Source: Octopus sinensis (taxonomy: Eukaryota). Taken from it: a stretch of 64,000 nt of DNA. The stretch spans positions 15,190,001-15,254,000 of the forward strand of contig NC_043014.1 of assembly GCF_006345805.1 (NCBI RefSeq), written 5' to 3'. Shown piece after piece: positions 49,976 through 64,000 of the stretch; position 1 is the first letter of the stretch; every line of letters begins with the position of its first letter. The notes under the pieces are model-generated. The model searched no databases. It had not been told where the DNA came from and was given only the letters and a program-made list of their open reading frames with translations. A program made the position numbers and the translations under genes.

Positions 49976-50741
49976 GAGGAGGCACGTGGCTTAGTGGTTA
50001 GGGTGTCAGCATCATGAGCGTAAGATTGTGGTTTCGATTCCTGGACCAGACAACGCGTTGTGTTCTTGAGCAAAACACTTCATTTCACGTTGCTCCAGTC
50101 CACTCAGCTGGCAAAAATGTGTAACACTGCAATGGACTGGCATCCCATCCAGCTGGGGAACACATACGCCAATGAAACCGGGAAACCGGGCCCATAAGCC
50201 TGGCTAGGCTTTAAAAGGGCACATTTATTATTATTATTTATAATATAATATAATATAATATAATTTGATATTATGTAATATAATATAATATAATATAATG
50301 CAATATAATATTATGTATATATAGGTACAGGAATGGCTGTGTGGTTAAGATGCTCACTTGGAAACCATATGGTTTTGGGGTCAGTCCCACTGTGCAGCAC
50401 CCTGAGCAAATGTCTTTTACAGTAGTCCTAGGCCAACTAATGCTATGTAAATGAATTTGGTAGATAGGAACTGATAGAAGCAAATATGGAGGTTTGGTGC
50501 TCCAACAGTTCAATAAGAGAAGCAAGTAAAATATAAAAGGGGTGTGTGTCTGTATATATATATATGTTCGCAGGAGTGGCTGTGTGGTAAGAAGCTTGCT
50601 TCCCAACCACATGGTTCCGGGTTTAGTCCCACTGCATGGCACCTTAGGCAAGTGTCTTCTACTATAGCCTCAGCCTGATCAAAGCCTCGTGGGTGGATGG
50701 CAGACAGAAACTGAAAGAAGCCCGTCATATATTATATATAT

Positions 50742-50804
<63 letters not shown>

Positions 50805-51082
50805 GTATATATATGTCTATGTATAAATATGTGTGTATATATATACATGTATGTATTTGTGTGTCTGTATTTATTCCCCCACCATTGCTTGGCAACCAAT
50901 GTTGGTGTGTTTACGTTCCTGTAACTAAGTGGTTCAGGAAAAGTAACCGATAGAATAAGTACTAGTCTTACAAAGAATAAGTCGTGGGGGGGGGTGATTT
51001 GTTTAACTAAAAGTGGTGCTCCAGCATGGCCGCGGTCAAAATGATTGAAACAAGTAAAAGAATATATATACATACATATATA

Positions 51083-51115
<33 letters not shown>

Positions 51116-51244
51116 TTAGTGGAATCAGAAATAGGAAGTCTTTGGTACAATATCATATAATTGAAAATGTGAATAGAAATGGGTTATAAACATCTAATTA
51201 TTAAAATGGGAAGAATTATCAGAAAAGCCTTTTCAATTCTTTAA

Positions 51245-51449
51245 GTCATTAGCATTCAGATTACTTTGTCAAATATAATGCTTGCAATCATGGATTATCT
51301 CATTGATTAATCAAGATTTCAAAGGTGTGTTTATATATTTTTAGAATGACATTGTAAAGTAGGTGTGAGAGGCAGGATGTGGCTGGTTTGAACATAAAAT
51401 AGGTAGGAATTTGGGGGCTGCATACGGCTGGATTAAATGCTGAAGGGTT
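51245..51449. mobile_element. Decayed piggyBac-type MITE, second family
   Basis: Right end AATGCTGAAGGG|TTAA and degenerate left end ...TTAGCATTCAGATTACT. Confidence 0.5.
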
Positions 51450-51489
51450 AAACTCATTAAAGTTTCATGGAGCTAAAATTAAGCTGTTT

Positions 51490-51491
51490 TA

Positions 51492-51556
<65 letters not shown>

Positions 51557-51630
51557 TAATAATAATAATAACAATAATAACAATAACAATAATAATATTA
51601 ATAATAATAACAATAACAATAACAATAATA

Positions 51631-51685
<55 letters not shown>

Positions 51686-51695
51686 TAATAATATT
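51490..51695. repeat. Long (AAT)n microsatellite with AAC/GAT interruptions
   Basis: Direct reading. Other large simple repeats include (TA)n at 22310-22520, (GAT)n at 61307-61384 and (AGAT/AGAC)n at 63180-63480. Confidence 0.95.
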
Positions 51696-52633
51696 CATAT
51701 AAAAATAATTGGCTAAAAGGATCTTTGAAAGCAACATGTGTGTATATCTTTATGTCTGCACATTTATACATGCAAAAGTAATCTTCCCCAACATCACCAT
51801 TATATTTTGATTAACCTAACACAAAATATTCCTGATGATTTGGGTGAACACCACTTTAAAATATATTCCATGCAAATCTACATAATTTAAATCAATCATG
51901 TATTACAATCATGTATGTATAAATTTGGTGAAGTTTATCTTAATGAAACAGCTGTTTAACACAAAGTTTGAACTATATGTGAAATTTATGATTTTCTGCT
52001 TTTCACCACAGTAAATTAGTCTTTCAATGATGTATCTGCTTTAAGTATCATATACAGATTACTATTTTAAACTACTAATACCACTTCTGTTGCTCACAAC
52101 GAATCTTTATTTAACCTGCTGGGTGATTGCAACATCAATGATTTTCCAATCACTGTTTTACTTATATTATTAAGAGCAGATTTTGTCTTATCATGCAGAT
52201 GCCAGTGAATTTTTGCTACTGATGAAGCTCAAGGAAGCTGAAATGCATATTTAATAATGCCATAATCACTGTTAGAAAATCTTCATTCTGCTACTGACTT
52301 ATTTCTATGTTCTTTAACACAATAAGAGACACTATCTAAGGATGAACTACCTAAGTTAATTTGGCTTTCACTGAAGTATCTACTTTAAGTATGCTACACA
52401 CATATTGCTACTTTAAACTAATACTATTTATGTTGTACATAATGATACACAAACACACACACATACTCACAATTATAGATTTATGTACACATACACACAT
52501 GTTGGTGCAGCTTTTCTGCTTGCCAGCTATGGTCAAACCGTCCAACCTATGCCAGCATGGAGAACAGACGTTAAAGGACGATGATGATAGTGATGATGAT
52601 GATAATGATGATGATATATATAAATACACATTA

Positions 52634-53003
52634 TCTCTCTCTATATAAACGGCAGTTTGTCTGTGTGTGTTTCTGTGTGTCTGTCAGGTTGTACCCTCAC
52701 CCTGACCACGGCTTTCAACTGATTCCGATGAAACTTGACACACACATAGCCCAATGTCATAATTCAAAACTAACGCAGCGAAAATTTTGAAAAGTACCCC
52801 CAGTTCTGAAAAAAATCGATAAATTCGACATGGGGTCAAGAATCAGAAACACAAACCACAGACTGTCATGGGGACGCAACTCGACCTTTTTAACTAAAAA
52901 AAATTTACCATCATTTTTTTTCCATTTCTTGGCTATAAGTCTCTAAAAATGCTTTATAGTTATTTCCCTTACAAACCCGAGCAACGCCGGGCGATACTGC
53001 TAG
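52634..53003 (+). mobile_element. Non-autonomous Helitron
   Basis: A|TC 5' end (TCTCTCTCTATATAAAC), (GTGT/GTCT) tract, 3' hairpin CCCG-AGCAACGC-CGGG (52976-52991), then CTAG|T. Confidence 0.85.
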
Positions 53004-54944
53004 TAACATATATCTATATCCATTTAGCTATATATATATGTGTGTGCACGTGCACGCATGTGTGTGTACGTATATATACATACACACACGCACATATACA
53101 CATAAAAATAGTTAAGGTTTCAAAATTTATATCTATGATATATTTTACAAGCACTTTCTCAGGCAAAATACTCAACACACGTACACACACATACACACAC
53201 ACACAATGTGTGTGTGTGTGTGTACTGAATGCTTAGATATGCAACATTTAATGAGATTATGTAAACCATAAAAAGAAGGCAATGGAAGTAGGGTAAGGGG
53301 GGAAGGGTAAGGGGGGAATATGTCCTCTTAAGTAGGTAGACTAAGTTAAGAGTTGTCTGGCTTTCTAGAATACACAGCTGCAATCTATCTACCTATCTAT
53401 CTATCTATCTGTCTATATGTCTGTCTGTCTATCTTTCTATCTAGTATGTGTGTGTGTATGCATCTTTATATACCTACCTCTGTATCTTATTAAGACTGTT
53501 GTATATCACCAGGGCATTTTGTGGTTCAATGGCAAACATACATTTCTCTCCTTTTTCCTTCTTTCTCTCACTTCATACAGACACATACACACACATACTG
53601 TCATGCATATATACATAGACACATCATCATCATCATCATCATCCTTTAACATCTCTTTTCCATGCTGGCAAGGGTTGGATTGTTTCACCAGAGCTGGCAA
53701 ACTGGGGAGCAGCACAAGGTCCCAGTTTGGTTTCTATGGCTGGATGACCTTCTTAAGTCAACCACTTTGCAGTGTGTGCCGGGTGCTTCTAAAGTGGCAC
53801 CAGATTGAGTACTTTTACATTGTACTACTTGCGCAATATATTGTTGTTGTTTATGCCTCCTCACGCCATGCCTGGCTCATAAGGGCCGGTTTCCCAGTTT
53901 CATTAGCATATAGGTTTCCCACCAGGACGGGACGCCGGCCCATCGCAGGTGAGCTACTACATGCAAGAGAAAAGAATGAGAGAAAGTTGTGGTGAAAGAG
54001 TCAGCAGGGGTTTGCCATTAATTTCTGCTGGATCCACGTGGAGCTTAGGTCTTTCTCTCATAAACACACACATCACCCAGTCTGAGATTCGAACCCACGA
54101 TCCCACAACCAGGACTCTAACCACTAGGCCATGTGCCTCTACTTGCACAATATATATTTATGAGTTCAGCAAAAATTTAGATTCAGATGAATATGGTACT
54201 TAAGTTGAAGCACCAGAATTTAGTACGGTATTATCCATACAATTTCAAAATAAGGTTTATTAGAATCAAAATAAGCAACAAGGATATCCAGAGGTAATGC
54301 AGTACGATCGTTTTGCACAACTCCATTTAATTGAACAATCTAACCATTACATCAATTTAAATGCAGAACAATCCTCAGCTGCACAAAGACATAGAATTTA
54401 ATTAAATTAAAACAGATGGACACATTAGTATAATTTTACCTAAAATTTCCAAGAAGTTAAGGAGATAAACAAAGAACATGCTGCCTTCACTTCCACTTAG
54501 AAGCTACAATATAACTTATATTGGTTTCAGCCATTATCGGCCCAAGCCATGACTAGCTCAATAGCACCATCTATATATATAAAATTATCGACTTCACTTA
54601 ATATCAGTTTTTCCATGCTGTCATGGGTTGGATGGCTGACAGGAACTGACTAGTCAGAGGACTGCATCAAGCTCTTCTGTCAGCTTTGGCATGGTTTCTA
54701 TGGCTGGATGCCCTTCCTAAAGCCAACCACTTTACAGAGTGTGCTGGATGCATTTTACATGGCATCAGCACTGGTGAGGTCACCAAGGTATATGTAAGGC
54801 AAAGACAAAAACCCTGAACTGAAGGAGGAATAGTTGTGAAAGGGGTGGCTTTGTGGCAGGTGATGAGAGATTAAGCTATGATGGAGAGACAGAAAGGAGT
54901 ATCTTGCTGCAGTAGAGATACAGGGCTATTCCAGTCAGAGGTCG

Positions 54945-54982
<38 letters not shown>

Positions 54983-55565
54983 GATAGACAGACAGACAAA
55001 CAGAGACAGACAGACAGACAAAGGAAAAGAGGATGGGGATGAAGATGTGCCAGGGTGAGTACCCTCATGGTAGAGGGTGGTGGATGTTAAGTAGAAAGGT
55101 ACAGAGTATTGGACAGGGTGAGAGAAAGTAGGGAGTTCACGAGAGTGTAGAAGGTAAGGAAAGGGAATGCAGTGAGAATAGAGAGAGAGAGAGAGAGATA
55201 TGACAAAGCAGTGTTGGGGTGTGGGTGGAAGTGTAGTATATTTACAAAATGTAGTTTGGTTGATTGGCAGGTTGGGGTGGGCAGGTGGGTGGAGATTAAC
55301 ATAATGTGTGGCAGAGAGCACAGAACACAGTTCTTCCAGAATTCAGTTTTGTTGAGGTGGGTGGGTCTTCTCAGGCACCTCATATCACCAGACATCTCAG
55401 TCCATGACATATATGTGTGTGTGTGTGTGTGTGTGTATGTATTATATATATATATATGTAATATATATATATATACATATATATATATGTGTGTGGTGTA
55501 TATATATATATATATATATATACATACATATATATATGTGTGTGTGTATATATATATATTATAAT

Positions 55566-55599
<34 letters not shown>

Positions 55600-56002
55600 C
55601 ATACATATATATATGTGTGTGTATATATAATATATTTATACTTACATACATACACATATATGCATGATGCCAAATTTAGAAGCAGACATGTATACACACA
55701 CACACACACACATGCACGCACACACATAAATTGTCACATGCACCAACACACACGTGTGCACACATGTACAATCACATGTCTACTCGCAGACACTCACTGA
55801 CACACATATGGTGACCCAGGCGGTGTGTGTGTGTGTGTGTGTGTGTTTTATCAGCCAACCTATCTATCTCCCTTAGTACAAGACATTGGAGCACGGTTCA
55901 TACATGCACAGACACACACAGACACATGTAATCAATCTATCAAGCACAAGTCATAATAGTACACAGACAAACATATGTGTGCATGTATGTGTGTGTGTGT
56001 AC

Positions 56003-56054
<52 letters not shown>

Positions 56055-56494
56055 TCTTTTATTTGTTTCAGTCATTTGACTGTGGTCATGCTGGAGCACT
56101 GCCTTTAGTCAAACAAATCGACTCCAGGACTTTTTCTTTGTAAACCTAGTAGTTGTTTTATCGGTCTCTTTTGCCGAACTGCTAAGTTACAGAGATGTAA
56201 ACACACCAACATCAGTTGTCAAGCAATGTTGGGGGTACAAACACAGACACATACATACATATGGCATGTAAAAAGCACCATCCGATCGTGGCCGTTTGCC
56301 AGCCTTGTCTGGCACGTAAAAAGCACCCACTACACTCACGGAGTGGTTGGCGCTAGGAAGGGCATCCAGCCGTAGAAACATTGCCAGATCAGACTGGGCC
56401 TGGTGCAGCCTTCTGGCTTCCCAGACCCCAGTTGAACCGTCCAACCCATGCTAGCATGGTAAGCGGATGCTAAACGATGATGATGATGATGATA

Positions 56495-56870
56495 CAAGGT
56501 GATTCAAAAGTTGCCATACACAGGAACAATTTATCTTTTTTATAAGAAACAGTTTATAAGAAAAGTTTTTTTTCTATTTAACAGGCTCTATATGGTTATC
56601 ATTGTTTTGAGTACACATTGCAATACATTTACCCCACTCATTGTGAACTCTTAATAGGACATCTGGTGATACGAGTGCAAATGAGTTGGTGATGTGTTCC
56701 TTCAAATGCTTTCTCTTTTATCTTTCTGCGATACACCATGCCTTTCGAATGCCCCCAAAGATAGAAATCAAGAGGGGTCAAATCAGGGGATCTAGGGAGT
56801 CTTATAAACTGCTTCTTATAAAAGTCCCTAAAACTTATTGCTCCCTCTTCTCTCCTGGGCCACACTACTA
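56495..56870 (-). mobile_element. Tc1/mariner transposase 3' remnant with one terminal repeat
   Basis: LPRSPDLTPLDFYLWGHSKGMVY motif and terminal TA|CAAGGTGATTCAAAAG. Confidence 0.8.
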
Positions 56871-58673
56871 ACCTCTATATCTGGGTGTGTGTATGCTTGT
56901 GTCCTTGAGTATGGGTATGGTGGAGAGCAGTGCAAGGGGAAGGAAGGGTTGATGATGATAATGGAAAGTTTTGTAAGATAACATGCATTCTATCAAGATT
57001 ACTCTAACTCTCAAACAGTACACACACACACACATGGGTGCAGGCATGGTTGTGTGGTAAGAAGCTTGCTTCCCAACCACATGGTTCCGGGTTCAGTTTC
57101 GCTACGCAGTACCTTGGGTAAATGTCTTCTATTATAACCTTGGGCCAACCAAAGTCCTGTGAGTGGATTTGGTAGATGGAAACTGAAAGAAGCTTGTTCT
57201 ACACACACACACACACATTTGTTTCAGTCATTTGACTGTGGCTATGCTGGAGCACCACCTTAAGTCAAGCAAATTGACCCCAAGAATTATTCTTTGTAAG
57301 CCTACCACTAAGTGACAGGGACATAAATGCACCGACATTGGTTATCAAATACACACACTTTGGAACAAATACACACACACACAAATGTGTGTGTGTGTGT
57401 GTATTTGTTCCACCCTCACCATTGCTTGATAACCAATGTCGGTGCATTTATGTCCCTGTCACTTAGTGGTAGGCTTACAAAGAATAATTCTTGGGGTCAA
57501 TTTGCTTGACTAAAACCCATCAAGATGGTGCTCCAGCATAGCCACAGTCAAATGACTGAAACAAATAAAAGAATAAATGCTCTTCCAATGTCTATATATA
57601 CATGTATATACCATCATCATCACCAACATCATTGTTTTAATGTCCACTTTTCCATGCTTGTATGGGTCAGATGAAATTCACTGTGGCAGACATTTTCTAC
57701 AGCTGGATGCCCTTCATGTCACTAACCTTCATCTTTTCCTAAGCAAGGTAATATGTCCCCTAATCCAACAGTGCAATGGCTAGACATGTTTTAATGGAAG
57801 ATTGCAAACAAATAACACTGCTTGTATGATGGTGACATTCGCTTATTCCATTTTATCTGGAGATATTGAGACCAAGGAAGTAACCTGCCCAGCATAAGTT
57901 GAAACTTGAAGCATATCTAACATGGATTCTCCTTATTTGCTGGAGCAGGTTACTACCATCTTTATTTCTCTGAGAAACTGCACATATTGCCATAAGCTGC
58001 TGTATCTTTTAACAAGAAGACTGAACTTTCATACTGTTGCCATCAACAGAGCTCTCTATTAGCAAATTTGAAATTATTCGTTGATAAAACTGTTTCATTA
58101 ATCTTTACTGAAACTTCACTGATATTTTTTACTAGAATTTCTAATGAAAGCCACAAAGACTATTTTTTTAATCATTTCTATCAGGGCTGTCATCTCATTC
58201 ATCATCTACGTACACAGTATGTAGCTACTACTACAATATCTTAGTGGTCATCTACCAGTTGTCCAAATACTTGTTCCGTTGCAAAATACAGACCGACTAC
58301 TAAGAATGATCTTTGTACATCATTTAACGACGATAACCTTTCTTTAGAGCTTGTGGATGCTCCAGCAATTAGAACCACAAACTCTGAATAATTAGACATA
58401 ATTAGAAACTTTGAGTAATGCAGATTTCAGTAAAGAAATTACTATTAGAAACAACCCCAACCCCACCACCACACACACATATGAGAATTGAATAAAAGAA
58501 TGTATTTTCCAATATTTTTGGCAACCAATCATATCTCAATGACTAACCATATCAATGCACTCGTGAATATTTTTGCTTAATATTATGTCATGCTGCTTCC
58601 TCTTTTCCAATCTTTTTGAATAATCATAATTAGCAACACAATTCAAGAAACTTCAGCTTCCAGCTCAGACAGC

Positions 58674-58715
<42 letters not shown>

Positions 58716-60559
58716 TAAATTGTTCATAGGGTGGGGTAGAGATAACTTGTAACTTGAAGACACCACTAGAACTGGGTGAAGAGAACAAAGAATGAAATCT
58801 TTGAAGTTATCAAGATCTGCAAGAGACTTTTAAGAGGGTGAGACCATAAAGCTAAGACAGTCTTTTTCTTCTATTCCTTTTTATTATCATATATATATAT
58901 ATATATAATATATATTATATATATATATATATATATACATACACATATTTGTTATCATTATTTCTTTTTTTTTTTTTTGGTAACAAGAAGGGAAAGCAGG
59001 TCAGAAAAGGGGAGGAGGTGGAATGGGAGACATATTACACAAGTGCTTTCTGAAGACACTGCACACACATACAAAACTGTATACACATAAGAAATACACA
59101 TACATGCATAAGCACGAATACACTCTCACAGACACAGATGCATTCACATACACACACACAAACAACCAGTGTGTGTGTATCTGTGTGTGTGTGTGTGCTC
59201 TTTTCTTTTCTTCACCATCTGTTTAGCAAAGTATTAGGAGGAAGAACTCACAATGTAAGGAAGAAGGCCAGACAGCTGAAACCATATCTCAGCTGATAGC
59301 CAGAAAGAGACAGACTGAAGCAATTCACACACACACACACACACATACACACACACTCACTCACTCTCAGATATACGCACACACACACACACACTCACAC
59401 ACAACATTGTATTAAGCGTTCTATCTCTAGCTATAGCACCCCACTTCAGACTAAAGGAAGTCTTGTGGTTGTTGCAATACACACAGACATACAGACTAGC
59501 TGACACTCAAAGACACTTTAGAAGTTATAAAGGAAAACCCTCGAAGACAAAAAAAAAAATCATAAAAATAAAAACAATAAAACAAAAGTAAACTGTGCTT
59601 CACTCAGAGAAGGGAAATCCCCTCCAGAGAAGCGCTCGTGTGTCTTTTGGATTTAGTAACAGAAGAATTTTGGCAAACCAAAAAAATATTATTATTATTA
59701 TGGGAGCAGGCAATGCTGTGTGGTAAGAAGCTTGCTTCCCTACCACTTATGAGTTCCATCCTACTGTGTGGCACCTTGGGCAAGTGTCTTCTACTATAGC
59801 CTCAGGCTGACCAAAGCCTTGTGAATGGATTTCATAGACAGAAACTGAAAGAACCTTGTCGTGTGTGTGTGTTTGAGTTTGCATGCACACATGTCTTTGT
59901 GTCTGTGTTTGTTTCCCACCACAACTTGACAACCAGTGTTGGTGTGTTTACATCCCTGTAATGTAGCAGTTTGGCAAAAGAGAGAGAGAGAGAGAATAAA
60001 TATCAGGCTTTAAAAGAAAAAAAACATTTAAGTACTGGGGTATAGTAATGAAGTGGGTGGAAGTAAGATAGATGGACAGGAGCAGGGGTCTTGCTAAAGA
60101 TGTGAATGCATGGCTTGCCCCATCTGGAAAGTGAGAGGAAGGGTGAGGGTGAGGGAGTACCCTCAAGGTACAAGGTGGATATGAGAGCGAGAACTGGGGT
60201 CGGGGAATAGAAAAGGTAAGTGGGTAGGGAATTGTGCAAGAGTGAAAAGAATGTGACAAATGATTAGAGATGGGGTTAGGGGTGGACACAGTGAATATCA
60301 GTTTGGGGGCGGGGAATTAAAGGAAATAGGGTCGGGGTGGGGGGGGGGGTCAGTGAACAAGTCACACTCCCTTTGTGTTTATAATGGATTGATGCTCTCT
60401 CTCCACAAATTTCTAGCCTTGTGTTGTCTAATTTAGAATGAAATATTATAAGTGCCCTGATCCTCCAATCTGTGGCAGTTTCTTTTCACTGAGTAGCATG
60501 ATGTTGGCTGTGTTGCTGCTCCACACCACAAATTACCATTGCATGTTGTAATAAATGCA

Positions 60560-60830
60560 AAGGTCATCAATAAGGCAAAGATGTGCTTACATGCATGCAG
60601 CTGTGGGCTGGGAATTGCAAGTTGGTCATTCAACCAATCATATGTTGCAAATCTACATGTCACAAGGTTCACAGACAACAGGTGGACCCATGCAGTTGCT
60701 GAGTGGTATCCAAGAAATTGGAAAAGGTCACTTGGAAAGCCTCCACAATGATGAGAAGGATCAAGATGGAAAAGAATGGAGCAATCAAGACAGAATTGGA
60801 ATCGCATAGTGACTAGTGTGGTATAACAGC
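60560..60830 (+). mobile_element. RTE-clade LINE 3' fragment
   Basis: HVTRFTDNRWTHAVAEWYPRNWKRSLGKPPQ* resembles the RTE ORF2 C-terminal WAGHV.R..D.RW....W.P...KR..GRP motif. Confidence 0.75.
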
Positions 60831-61306
60831 ATCTGATGGTCTGGCTGATACTGTACTGTGAAAGCTGACCTGAGAGCTACACAACAACAAGAATATGAGG
60901 AAGCCTCTTTGTGACCATTTAGCAGCAAGAAATAGCAGCCAAGTCACTCTCAAGTCAAAGCCTTGTATCTTTAATAAAGATGTATACATTCCTGACACTC
61001 ATGAAAAAGGGTCAGTCTGTTCATGGGTAAAATGCCTTTGATCATAGGTGTGTTTGATCAGAGCAAACCTGGGGTTAAACAACAACAGCAATAAAAAGTA
61101 TCATAGACAACAACAATACTTGGTTTCGCCTTTCATTCAAAAAGCACCTTGTACGTATACTGCAAGGTGGTGGGCATTAGGAAGGTCATCTAACTATAAG
61201 TAACCACGGTAAAACAGATAATGGAGCCCAAAACAGTCTTGCAGATTGCAGGACCCTGTTGAAACATTTGACCCATACAAGTTGGTGGAGGTGGTGGTGG
61301 TGGTGG

Positions 61307-61365
<59 letters not shown>

Positions 61366-61659
61366 TTGATGATGATGATGATGATATACACACAACACCA
61401 CACCACACAGAAACACGCACTGAGACCAATCCTCCTCATGTTGTAACATAGTTTATAGTTAAAATTCACAGAAACATACAAACACGATTCCTTGTTGACA
61501 TTTCTAGTCCATTGTTAGATACAAGGATTGTTAGATCTCTAGCACCAGTTTGTCGTAACAAACATTGATTGTTATAAAACATGCATGTATGTAGGTGTGC
61601 ATGTGGACTGTATATGTATATATATAACATTTAAACCAAATTTTCTCAAAACAACTTGT

Positions 61660-61945
61660 CTGACCGTCCCATAGGCCTCCCCTCTTAGAAACACTGATTT
61701 AACCTAAATTTCAGACGCCAGCAAAAGAAGAAATAAAGATAGACTTTTTTTCTATTCCAAAGAAAATGATTTCCCACGGCTTTATCGATTGCATTCTCAC
61801 CTGGAATCGACTTTTGTAATTTTTTCAAGAGTTATACATGCCCTGGTACTGTCGGTATCTACATATCAAATTTGAGCGCAGTTGGATGGAGGGTTTCCAA
61901 GATCCTAGAAGCTACACACACGGAACGGATTTATATAAGAGAATA
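61660..61945 (-). mobile_element. Possible Helitron/DINE-like non-autonomous element, 5' part
   Basis: Minus strand begins TCTCTTATATAAATCCGTTCCGTGTGTGT...CCAACTGCGCTCAAATTTG. No CTAG 3' end found. Confidence 0.4.
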
Positions 61946-61946
61946 A

Positions 61947-61977
<31 letters not shown>

Positions 61978-63477
61978 ATATATATATAATATACTCTTTA
62001 CTCTTTTACTTGTTTCAGTCATTTGACTGCGGCCATGCTGGAGCACCGCCTTTAGTCGAGCAAATCGACCCCGGGACTTATTCTTTGTAAGCCCAGTACT
62101 TATTCTATCGGCCTCTTTTGCCGAACCGCTAAGTGACGGGAGATGAGTTAAGATTTTATATATATATACAATAAATTCAGGGTGAATACTTGATAAGTGT
62201 AAGCACCTGTATATGCCAGCTAGTAGCAGAGGTGAGAGGGTATATGCATCAAATGAAATAAAAAGCAGAACACAAAGATGTCACAGTACACGTATTTCAG
62301 GCTTTATAAAACAACCTATTCTTACATCAATGTATAATCGACATAACAGATGGTTTAAAGCTCTCTTCAGCCGCATGCAATTACTATACCAAAGACTTAC
62401 ATCACATTATGAAATTTCATATATATATGAAAAAAGATGGAAGAATGAAAGAACGAAAAAAGAAAGAAGGGAAGAAAGGAAGAATGAAAGATGAGAAAGA
62501 AAGGAAAGGTGGATGTCTGAGTGATAATGTTCGTCCATTCATAATAAATGAAAATAATAAGTTCGACTATAGAGTAACTTCTTTAAGGAGTATATCTATG
62601 CAGGGATACCGGAGTACATCCATGCAGGATGCATCACCTCAGACTGTATTTCATCTGTCTTTACATTCTGAGTTCAAATTCCGCCAAGGTCGACTTTGCC
62701 TTTCATCCTTTCGGAGTCAATAAATTAAGTACCAGTTGCGTACTGGGGCCAATCTAATCGACTGGCCACCTCCTCAAAAATTATGGGCCTTGTGCCTAGA
62801 GTAAAAAAGAATGTGTGTGTGTATGTATGTAACCAATGACACCTCTCTTAGTACAAACCAAATTATGCCATGTCACGTGCCCACAAAGCTAGTTCACTGA
62901 GTGGCCACAGGTGGCATTAGTGTTGTCTTAAGCAGAGCCTGTTGCATCGTTTCATAGTAGACAGAGTGTATATAACTAAAATGTGAGTAGTGCTATAGTG
63001 TAGAATAATCAACTTACATGTTGAAGTTTGTTTGTTTGCTTGTGTGTGTGTCTGTGTGTGTGTTTGCGTCTGTGTGCATGCACATAGACATGCTCACACA
63101 TATGCATACACATACACATACACACGCACATAATTTGTTAAAAGAGAGGAACTTTGTGGAGGCATAACATGCATATATAAAGACAGATACTCAGACAGAT
63201 TGGCAGACAGAGGAAGACAGATACAGACAGACAGGTACTCAAACAGACAGATTGACTGATAGACAAACAGGTAAGGCAAACAGACAGACAGACAGACAGA
63301 CAAATAGATAGACAGACATAAAGATAGATAGAATAGACAGATAAATAGTTAGATAGATACACAGACAGGAAGACAGACACAGACAGATAGACAAATAGTT
63401 AGCTAGACATAAAGATAAATAGATAGATAGATAGATAGGCAGATAGATCGATAGATAGACAGACAGACAGATAGCTA

Positions 63478-63531
<54 letters not shown>

Positions 63532-63969
63532 AAAGAGAAGAATAAGTAAGGAGTTAGGCAGGTATGTAGATGTGTGGGTGGGCAATAAATTTACAGGGTG
63601 GAGTGTAGGTATGCGCATACGCAGTTGACATAGGAAGATTAGTAAGAACGTAGGTGGGTAACAATGCAGGGTGGTTATGCGGATGTGCACGAAGATAAGT
63701 GGTAAAGTAAATAGACAGTAGTGCACATAGGTGGATAGGAAAAGTTAAAGGTGAGATATTCACAGAGGGATAGGTAAGAAGCTAAACAAACAAAAAGATA
63801 TACATAGGTAGGTAGGTAGGTAGATAGGTAGGTGGATAGGTGGATAGATGGGTAGGTAGGTAGGTATGATGTGCACAGCAGTGTCATGTGCAATGCAGGT
63901 ACATTGGTTAAATGAGTTGGAAGTAAATTCAGAGACACATGGTAGCTTGTGTTTTGCAGTGATAAGTTA

Positions 63970-64000
63970 CCGTAAATCCTCGAGTATAATCCGCACTTTT
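63970..64000 (+). mobile_element. Start of a Tc1/pogo-like element cut by the window edge
   Basis: TA|CCGTAAATCCTCGAGTATAATCCGCA resembles pogo-type terminal repeats. Only 31 bp are visible. Confidence 0.4.

Noticed and set aside
57840-58420. Possible decayed reverse transcriptase on the minus strand
   Set aside because: Only a vague RYA-like stretch without the catalytic aspartates. Not supportable without a search.

Overview
Animal genomic DNA that is AT-rich and very dense in microsatellites and short interspersed repeats. The repeat landscape looks like an octopus or other coleoid cephalopod (inference, not searched). One protein-coding gene is supported: an ataxin-1 orthologue on the minus strand. 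Proposed CDS is complement(join(16073..16687,20013..21585,27874..27881)), 731 aa, with a split AXH domain, a CAA-rich Q12 tract and the C-terminal RKRRWSAP motif. It is preceded by a 5'UTR exon with chained uORFs and probably followed by a long 3'UTR. The rest of the window is introns or intergenic DNA filled with several tRNA-derived SINE families, a (GAT)n-tailed retroposon with an internal ~62-bp minisatellite, R4/Dong-like and RTE LINE fragments, Penelope-like remnants, Tc1/mariner relics, piggyBac-, hAT- and Helitron-type non-autonomous elements, and local duplications. The most notable unannotated signals are: (1) short (TA)n-embedded Penelope-derived elements carrying minimal hammerhead-ribozyme motifs; (2) a stop-start-coupled uORF chain (TAATG then ATGA) leading into the ataxin-1 start, plus a strong out-of-frame ATG just after it; (3) several long fold-back hairpins in the predicted transcript. 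Repeat boundaries are approximate and family names are by recalled motif similarity only.
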